13,689 bases of DNA from the NCBI GenBank assembly GCA_038209745.1, contig JBBQXJ010000106.1:1-13689 (forward strand), in the 5' to 3' direction. This document shows positions 7,352 to 13,689 of the stretch, one piece after another. Position 1 is the stretch's first letter. Every line of letters begins with the position of its first letter. The stretch is from Verrucomicrobiota bacterium. GTDB lineage: Bacteria; Verrucomicrobiota; Verrucomicrobiia; Limisphaerales; CANJSG01. The notes beneath the pieces are model-generated. The model did not search any database. It saw only the letters and a list, made by a program, of their open reading frames with translations, and had not been told where the DNA came from. A program made the translations under genes and the position numbers.

Positions 7352-10176
7352 GGAAAAGTCTTCTTCGGGTTTGGTGCGGCATTCTCCTCTTCCTTGGCGC
7401 TGTTTCCACATCCGCCCAGGATTTGGGTTCGGTCAGCGGCTTGGTTGTCAGCGCATGGGATGGTGCTCCCCTGTCCGGGGCGGTCATCACGGTGCGCGGG
7501 ACGACCTTGGCGATCCAGACCGGCGGCGAGGGTCGCTTTCTGCTCAACGGGGTTCCCCTCGGCGACCAGGTTCTTCGCCTTTCCAAATCGGGCTACGCGG
7601 CGGCGACCGTGACGGAGGTCCGGGTGCTGCCCGGCCAGACGACAACGGTGAACGGCAACCTCCGCCCCGAGTTCTACGAGATGGAGGAGTTCGAGGTGAC
7701 GGCGGAGGAGTTCAACGAGCAGACCGCGCAGATCCTCTTCGAGCGCCAGCAATCCGGCTCCCTGTTGGATGCGATCGGGTCGGAACAATTCTCCAAGCTG
7801 GGCGCGAGCGACGCGGCGGAGGCGCTGAGCAAAGTCACCGGAGCCAGCATCGCGGACGGCAAGTTCGCCGTGATCCGCGGTCTGGCCGACCGCTACACTT
7901 CGACGACGTTGAACGGGGTCGATGTGCCGAGCGCCGACCCCGATCGAAAGGCGGCGCAGCTCGACCTTTTCCCTTCCCAGTTCATCGAGCGCATCGACGT
8001 CAGCAAAACCTTTACGCCCGACATGCCGGGCGGCTTCGCCGGTGGTGCGATCAACATCGTGACGAAGTCCTTCCCGAAGGAGTTCTTCTTCAGCATGAGC
8101 GTGGGTGTCTCCTACAACACGCAGTCGAACCTCAAGGACGACTTCGCCATGGGCGACCACGGCTCCACTGATTGGCTCGGTCTCGACGATGGAAAACGCG
8201 AACTGCCCGAGGTCGCGAAGAACACGAACCCCGCCGGGACGACCTCGCCCTTGGGTGAGCCGATCAAGAGCAGCTTCGGCTCGGGCCAGTTTGTGCCGCG
8301 CAACGGTTCCTCTCCTCTGAACGACAGTTTCGCGCTGACGTTTGGCGACACGGTCGAGGTTCTCGGTGGACGGCGTCTCGGCTACTTGGCCGGGCTCAAC
8401 CATAAGAACGACTACAAGGCCCGCGACTTGATCGTCTCGAAATATGAGGTGGTCAAGCGGCCCGACGGTTCCCAGGACCTGCGGCGGTTCGAGAAGCAAG
8501 GAACCGAGGGCGACATCGAATACACTTCGGGTGCGATGGTCGCCCTGGGTCTGGAGATCAGCGAGAACCACACGGTGAAGTTCAACTTTCTCAAGGTGCA
8601 GACCGCCGAGGACGAGGCGGTGCGGGTCGCCGGTCAGGACAAGACGCTGGAGACCGAGCCGGGCATCAGCTACGCGGACCAGTCCACGCTGCATTGGACC
8701 GAGCGAAGCTTCGACTACTTCCAGTTGACCGGGGCGCATGAGTTTCCCTGGGCGGACGACATGCGGTTCGACTGGGCGGCGGCGACTTCCAGCACCACCC
8801 AGGACGAACCCGACCATCGCATCTTCCAGTTCTTTGCCGTGCCCGGAGATCCGGCCGATCCGACCGACGACTACTACGATCCGAACGGCCCGACGCGACC
8901 GGCCCGGCCGACGCGGATCTTCCGCAAGCTGCGCGAGGACAATTCCAGCGTCCGGGGCGACATCACCGTTCCGATCCCCTCCTACAACTCGAAGGACACC
9001 CTCTTCAAGACCGGCTACAACCTCAGCCACTCGAAGCGGGACTACGAGGCGAGGGTCTTCGACATCCGGCCGAATGGACGGAACACCTTCTACACCACGG
9101 GCGACCCGGACGATTATGCCGCGCCGGAGAACTACGGGACCATCGGCTACTACAACTTCCCGGCGAACTTCCGCTACAAGGGCCAGCAGGAGATCGTGGC
9201 GGGTTACCTCATGTCGGATTGGTCCGCGCTGGAATGGCTGCGGTTGATCGGCGGCGTCCGCTACGAAGTCACCTCGATCAACGTCAGCACGATCAATGTC
9301 AGCAAGGGCGGCGAAACCTTTTCGGGAGCGATCAACCAGGCGGATCTGCTTCCCGGCGTGACCGCCACGATTTCGATGCGGAGCAATCTGCTTCTCCGCG
9401 CCGCTTGGTCGCAGACCGTCATCCGACCGAACTACCGCGAGATCAGCCGCGCCGAGGACTACGACGTGGCCAAGGCCCGCACGATCGTCGGCAATCCCGA
9501 TCTACAGATGTCGCAGAGCGAGAACTACGACCTGCGGCTCGAATGGTTTCCAACCCCGGGCGCGATCGTTTCCGTGGGGGTGTTCCTGAAGAAGCTGACC
9601 GATCCGATCGAGCTCGCCTCCCGGGACAACGACGTGACCCTCGTCTACTACCGGAACTACGCACAGGCGGATGTCCGGGGCGTGGAGTTCGAGGTCCGAC
9701 AGGATCTGGGCACGCTTTGGCCGCGCCTTGACGAGCTTTCCGCCGGGTTCAACTACGCCTTCATCCAGTCGACGGTGGACCTGACCCCCGAACAGTTGAA
9801 GAATCGCCGGATCGGGTTCAACGACACCAGCACGACCCGTCCGCTCTACGACCAGCCCGAGTTTGTCATCAATGGCGACATCACCTGGGACCACAAACCC
9901 AGCGGGACTTCCCTGACGCTGTCCGGGGGAGTCGTGGGCCGGCGGCTTGTCCTCGTGGGCTATGCCACACCGGACGAATACGAGGAGCCGACCCCGCAGC
10001 TCGACGTCTTCCTCACGCAGAAGTTGGGCAAGCATTGGAAGATCAAGCTCTCCGCCAAGAACCTGCTCGATCCGGTGCATGAGACCACCCAGGACTACTT
10101 GGCGCTCGGCCGCCATCCGATCGAGAGCTTCCGAACGGGACAGACCTATGGTCTGTCCGTGAGCTACGACTTTTAA
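7336..10176 (+). CDS. TonB-dependent receptor with N-terminal carboxypeptidase-regulatory-like domain
   Basis: Signal peptide ...GILLFLGAVSTSA-Q, then GSVSGLVV...PLSGAVITVRGT domain, TonB-box-like EEFEVTA (7684-7704), plug (DAAEALSKVTG, VIRGLADRY, LDLFPSQFIERIDVSKTFTPDMPGGFAGG), GNPDL motif, and terminal beta-signal YGLSVSYDF. Frame is open from 6976; start uncertain (6976, 7078, 7165 or GTG 7336). Confidence 0.95.
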   Translation: MSLCGWKSLLRVWCGILLFLGAVSTSAQDLGSVSGLVVSAWDGAPLSGAVITVRGTTLAIQTGGEGRFLLNGVPLGDQVLRLSKSGYAAATVTEVRVLPGQTTTVNGNLRPEFYEMEEFEVTAEEFNEQTAQILFERQQSGSLLDAIGSEQFSKLGASDAAEALSKVTGASIADGKFAVIRGLADRYTSTTLNGVDVPSADPDRKAAQLDLFPSQFIERIDVSKTFTPDMPGGFAGGAINIVTKSFPKEFFFSMSVGVSYNTQSNLKDDFAMGDHGSTDWLGLDDGKRELPEVAKNTNPAGTTSPLGEPIKSSFGSGQFVPRNGSSPLNDSFALTFGDTVEVLGGRRLGYLAGLNHKNDYKARDLIVSKYEVVKRPDGSQDLRRFEKQGTEGDIEYTSGAMVALGLEISENHTVKFNFLKVQTAEDEAVRVAGQDKTLETEPGISYADQSTLHWTERSFDYFQLTGAHEFPWADDMRFDWAAATSSTTQDEPDHRIFQFFAVPGDPADPTDDYYDPNGPTRPARPTRIFRKLREDNSSVRGDITVPIPSYNSKDTLFKTGYNLSHSKRDYEARVFDIRPNGRNTFYTTGDPDDYAAPENYGTIGYYNFPANFRYKGQQEIVAGYLMSDWSALEWLRLIGGVRYEVTSINVSTINVSKGGETFSGAINQADLLPGVTATISMRSNLLLRAAWSQTVIRPNYREISRAEDYDVAKARTIVGNPDLQMSQSENYDLRLEWFPTPGAIVSVGVFLKKLTDPIELASRDNDVTLVYYRNYAQADVRGVEFEVRQDLGTLWPRLDELSAGFNYAFIQSTVDLTPEQLKNRRIGFNDTSTTRPLYDQPEFVINGDITWDHKPSGTSLTLSGGVVGRRLVLVGYATPDEYEEPTPQLDVFLTQKLGKHWKIKLSAKNLLDPVHETTQDYLALGRHPIESFRTGQTYGLSVSYDF

Positions 10177-10420
10177 GCCGGAACGTCGCTGGAATTGCTC
10201 TCGCGGCCTGCTTGAGGGTCGCTGTTCTCTCGCCGTCTCCGCTTCTCGATCTCCGGGTTCTCCGAACGACGCCCATCAGCCCACTCTGAGCGGTTGCCCC
10301 TGAGTTCACGGGATCGTCACCTCGTCGAGCTTGGGAGTTAACAGAGGATCCCAAAAGTGACCCAACAACGGCGGTTTGGCTGCGACCCGCTACAACCGTT
10401 TTTAAGCAACCCGAACATCT

Positions 10421-12028
10421 ATGATATTAAAGAACCTATTTGTGCAGCTATCGGCTTCGGCCCTGCTCCTTTCGGGACCGGCGAAGGCTGAAACGGTGGA
10501 TGTCACCACCGATGTGACGGCGGACTCCACGTGGTATGCGACCAACACGTATGTGTTGCGGACGGTGGTGTATGTGGACAACGGGGCGACGCTGACGATC
10601 GAGCCCGGGACGGTGGTGAAGGGCGGGACGAACTCGGCGACGTTGATCCCGAGACAGGACATCCCGAACCTCGTGTCGGCGCTCTGGGTGACGCGCGGAG
10701 CGAAGCTGATGGCGGTGGGGACGGCGCAGAAGCCGATCATCTTCACATATGAAGGGGACGACGTGAACGACGCGAACGACGTTCCGTTCAACACCTCCGG
10801 CCAATGGGGCGGCGTGGTGCTGATGGGCAAGGCGACGCTGAACTCGGCGAAGGACTCGGCGGGCAACGTGGCGACGCCGATCTACGACCAGTTCGAAGGG
10901 ACGACCGGACCGGGAACGAACAACGCGAACCTCTTCGGCGGGACCAACGACACGGACAACAGCGGGACGATGCGGTATGTGTCGATCCGGTATCCCGGCA
11001 ACACGTTCGCGCCCAACTCCGAGCTCAACGGACTGACGCTGGCGGCGCTGGGCAACGGGACCGACATCTCGTATGTGGAGATCCTGAACAGCTCGGACGA
11101 CGCCTTCGAATGGTGGGGCGGCGTGGTCAACACGCATCATCTGGTGGCGGCGTTCTGCGAGGACGACGACTTCGACACCGACCAGGGCTACCGCGGGACC
11201 AACCAGTTCTGGTTCGGGATCAAGCCCATGTGGGCGGGCAGCTCGGACAGCCGGGGCATGGAGACCGACGGCGACCTGAACCAGGGAGCCTCGGGCGAAC
11301 AGCCCAAGAGCCAGTGGTATGTGTCGAACGTGACCCTGATCGGGCGCGGCCAAGGCGACACCGGGTTCGGCGGCGGCGTGGGCTGGAACAGCCGGGACGA
11401 AGCGGCGCCGAACGTGGTCAACGCGTTGTTCAGCGACTTCGCGGTCGGCATCAAGATCGACGTGGACGGGACGAACGAGTTCTTCACCGGCCAGGCGAAC
11501 CTGACCTCGAGCGTCTTCAACGTCGGCAAGGCGACCAACGACGCCAACGCGGCCTACCTGATCACGGACGCGGCGCGGAGGAACGTGGTGCAGGACCCGA
11601 TGTTGGGCGGAGTGGCCTACACGAACGACGCGGCCGGACTGGATCCGCGCCCCCGGACGGGCAGCGCGGCCCTGACCGGCGGCGCGACCGTTCCCGTCGG
11701 CCTGGTCCAGGTGGCCTATCGTGGCGCCTTCAGCGGCCCGGCCGACAACTGGGTCGACGGCTGGACCGCCCCCTCCAAGCTCGGCTTCCTCAAGGCGGCC
11801 ACCGTTCCGGCCATGGCCCCGACGCTGAGCTTCTCGCTGAACGGGGCCAATGCGGTCCTGCGTTTCGCCACCCAGACGGGGGTCACCTACCAGCTCCTCT
11901 CCAAGGAGAACATCGACACGGCATGGTCGAACCTCGGCTCGCCGGTCGGCGGCACGGGCGCCCAGGTCGAAGTGCCCACCTCCTTCAACGCCGCGGGCAA
12001 CCTGTTTATCCAGGTGTTGGTCCAGTAG
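10421..12028 (+). CDS. Secreted beta-helix-like TBDR-partner protein with C-terminal sorting-like domain
   Basis: Signal peptide ending PAKA-E. Motifs TLTIEPGTVVKG, GQWGGVVLMG, FGGTNDTDNSGTMRYVSIRY, ELNGLTL, DDAFEWWGG and EDDDFDTDQGYRG are typical of a family encoded next to this TBDR type. A distinct ~70-aa tail follows an Ala/Pro linker. Confidence 0.88.
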   Translation: MILKNLFVQLSASALLLSGPAKAETVDVTTDVTADSTWYATNTYVLRTVVYVDNGATLTIEPGTVVKGGTNSATLIPRQDIPNLVSALWVTRGAKLMAVGTAQKPIIFTYEGDDVNDANDVPFNTSGQWGGVVLMGKATLNSAKDSAGNVATPIYDQFEGTTGPGTNNANLFGGTNDTDNSGTMRYVSIRYPGNTFAPNSELNGLTLAALGNGTDISYVEILNSSDDAFEWWGGVVNTHHLVAAFCEDDDFDTDQGYRGTNQFWFGIKPMWAGSSDSRGMETDGDLNQGASGEQPKSQWYVSNVTLIGRGQGDTGFGGGVGWNSRDEAAPNVVNALFSDFAVGIKIDVDGTNEFFTGQANLTSSVFNVGKATNDANAAYLITDAARRNVVQDPMLGGVAYTNDAAGLDPRPRTGSAALTGGATVPVGLVQVAYRGAFSGPADNWVDGWTAPSKLGFLKAATVPAMAPTLSFSLNGANAVLRFATQTGVTYQLLSKENIDTAWSNLGSPVGGTGAQVEVPTSFNAAGNLFIQVLVQ

Positions 12029-12041
12029 GCGCTCATTCACC

Positions 12042-12070
12042 CCGGAGGCCGTCCGTTTAGCGGCCTCCGG
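12042..12070 (+). terminator. GC-rich hairpin (terminator or mRNA-stabilising stem)
   Basis: Perfect 10-bp stem CCGGAGGCCG / CGGCCTCCGG with a 9-nt loop, 13 nt after the stop. No U-tract follows. Confidence 0.6.
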
Positions 12071-12229
12071 ACTCAACCCCGAATCGGGATCGGCGGGTCT
12101 GGACAAATAATCCGTGTGTCGTCCAGATCCGCCGTTTTGGTGTCCGGAATCGACGGAAGATTCCGATCTAAAGGGAGATCCAGAGGCGCTCTCAACCCAT
12201 GGGCGCAGCCGAATTGGATCCGGTTTGGC

Positions 12230-12269
12230 CTGTCACAGGATTGTTACAATGTCTCCGCGAGCCTGTCAC
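12230..12269 (+). promoter_or_regulatory. Pho-box array upstream of porin
   Basis: CTGTCAC (12230)-AGGA-TTGTTAC (12241) plus an in-phase CTGTCAC at 12263 (+33). TTGGCCTGTCACAG at 12225-12238 is identical to 1700-1713. Confidence 0.78.
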
Positions 12270-12308
12270 AACGGTCTTCCAGCTTGGGAAAGTTCTAAAC
12301 GACACATC

Positions 12309-13661
12309 ATGCAAATCAAACCTGCCTATTTACTGGTTCTGGCCGCCGCCGGCTTCATTGCCGTCTCTGCGGGAGCTCTGAACTCATACGCGCAGTCTGC
12401 CGATGCTTTGATCGACAAGCTCGTCGACAAAGGGATCCTGACAGTCGACGAAGCCCAAGGTCTCCGCGACGAGGCCGACAAGGACTTCACCCGGACTTTG
12501 GCCTCCAAGAACGGCATGCCGGAATGGGTGAAGACGATGAAGCTCAACGGAGACTTTCGTGGCCGCTACGAGGGGTTTTACGGCAACGAGAACGGCTACA
12601 CGGACCGCAACCGCCTGCGCTACCGCCTGCGCTTCGGGATCGTGGCGGGTTTGACCGAGTCCTTCGAGGTCGGGTTCCGGCTCGGTTCGGGAGACGCGAA
12701 GGCGACGGGAGGACTGATCGACCCGATCTCCACCAACCAGACGCTGGACAACAACGGGGCCAAGAAAGGCATCTACATCGACCAGGCCTACCTGCGCTGG
12801 AAAGGGCTCAACACGCCTGATTTCAACGGCTCGGTCACGTTCGGCAAGAGGGAGAACCCGTTCGTCTATTCCGACATGGTGTTCGACCCGGACTACACGC
12901 CCGAAGGACTGGCGGGGACGTTGTCCTACCGGGTGAACGAGGCCCACAGCCTGTCTTTCACCGGGGCCGGCTTCGCGTTGAAGGAGCTGGGAGGGGACAG
13001 CGCCGACAGCTACATGTTCGGCGCCCAGATGCGCTGGGACGCGGTGTGGAGCCCCAAGCTCGCGACGTCCGTCGGCGCGGGGATCCTGGCGATCGCCAAC
13101 GACCAGGCGCTGACCGACGGCCAGGTGCCGAACATCAACGTGGGCAACACCCGCAACCCCTTTACCAAGAACCTGGCCTACAACATGAACCCGTTCGTGT
13201 TGGACGCGGCCGCGACCTACACGGCGGAGACATTCCCGCTCTATCCCGGCCCGTTCCCGATCCGGTTGGCCGCCGACTTCATGCAGAATCCCGGCGCGCC
13301 CAGCGACCGGAACCGCGCCTGGTCCGGCGGCATCACCTTCGGCAAGTCGGGAAAGCAGGGCACCTGGGAGATCTCCTACCGCTACAAGGAGCTCCGATCC
13401 GACGCCTGGTATGAGGAGGTGGTGGACTCGGACTTCGGCGCCTACTACGCGCTGAACCTGGATCCCAACAGGGTCACCCCCTCCAACGACTACGGTGCCG
13501 GCACCAATGTGCGCGGCCACATCATCAAGGCCAACTACTCACCCTACGACTTCCTCACCTTCGGCGTCACCTGGTTCTTCACCGAGGCGATCAACGAGAT
13601 CCCCCGCGGCACCGACAGCGCGATCCAGCGTCTGCAGGTCGACGCAATGGTGAAATTCTGA
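12309..13661 (+). CDS. Putative outer-membrane porin (Porin_5-like)
   Basis: Signal peptide MQIKPAYLLVLAAAGF..., N-terminal DALIDKLVDKGILTVDEA helix, LNGDFRGRYE, RNRLRYRLRFG, STNQTL, DPDYTPEG and GTNVRG motifs, and terminal LQVDAMVKF beta-signal. Confidence 0.9.
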   Translation: MQIKPAYLLVLAAAGFIAVSAGALNSYAQSADALIDKLVDKGILTVDEAQGLRDEADKDFTRTLASKNGMPEWVKTMKLNGDFRGRYEGFYGNENGYTDRNRLRYRLRFGIVAGLTESFEVGFRLGSGDAKATGGLIDPISTNQTLDNNGAKKGIYIDQAYLRWKGLNTPDFNGSVTFGKRENPFVYSDMVFDPDYTPEGLAGTLSYRVNEAHSLSFTGAGFALKELGGDSADSYMFGAQMRWDAVWSPKLATSVGAGILAIANDQALTDGQVPNINVGNTRNPFTKNLAYNMNPFVLDAAATYTAETFPLYPGPFPIRLAADFMQNPGAPSDRNRAWSGGITFGKSGKQGTWEISYRYKELRSDAWYEEVVDSDFGAYYALNLDPNRVTPSNDYGAGTNVRGHIIKANYSPYDFLTFGVTWFFTEAINEIPRGTDSAIQRLQVDAMVKF

Positions 13662-13675
13662 CACCCAAGTGTAAC
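13658..13675 (+). promoter_or_regulatory. Possible Pho box for the next downstream gene
   Basis: CTGACAC-CCAA-GTGTAAC at 11-bp spacing, overlapping the porin stop codon. Confidence 0.4.
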
Positions 13676-13689
13676 TTTCCAGGACAAGA

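Noticed and set aside
10303..10320. AGTTCAC-GGGA-TCGTCAC possible Pho box before the partner gene
   Set aside because: The first half-site deviates in the conserved GT core; too weak to call.
10367..10403. Imperfect hairpin followed by a T-run upstream of 10421
   Set aside because: Stem is short and interrupted; no recognisable riboswitch or convincing terminator.
7297..13520. Long antisense or alternate-frame ORFs (7297-9030, 10448-12106, 10804-12060, 12384-13520)
   Set aside because: Expected shadows of high-GC genes, with no recognisable motifs.
1..13689. CRISPR array, tRNA/rRNA, transposase or integrase
   Set aside because: No repeat-spacer periodicity, structural RNA signature or recombinase motifs seen.

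Overview
High-GC window, probably from a Verrucomicrobiota-type bacterium (inferred from protein style and a C-terminal sorting-like domain). From the left it holds a minus-strand B12-binding radical SAM gene running off the edge, a decayed GRDP-like/DUF1399 pseudogene missed by the ORF track, a single-HTH AraC-like regulator and a small hypothetical gene. A long plus-strand outer-membrane uptake locus follows: DUF3450 (TtpB-like), extended MotA/TolQ/ExbB (TtpC-like), an exbB that breaks off and joins out of frame to a start-less TPR gene (TtpD-like; no exbD or tonB), a TonB-dependent receptor preceded by nested palindromic repeats, a secreted beta-helix-like partner protein and a putative porin. 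Pho-box-like direct repeats with 11-bp phasing lie upstream of the regulator, the DUF3450 operon and the porin, and at the right edge. The locus is therefore best read as a phosphate-starvation-induced, TonB2-type scavenging system carrying an internal deletion or misassembly near 5650.
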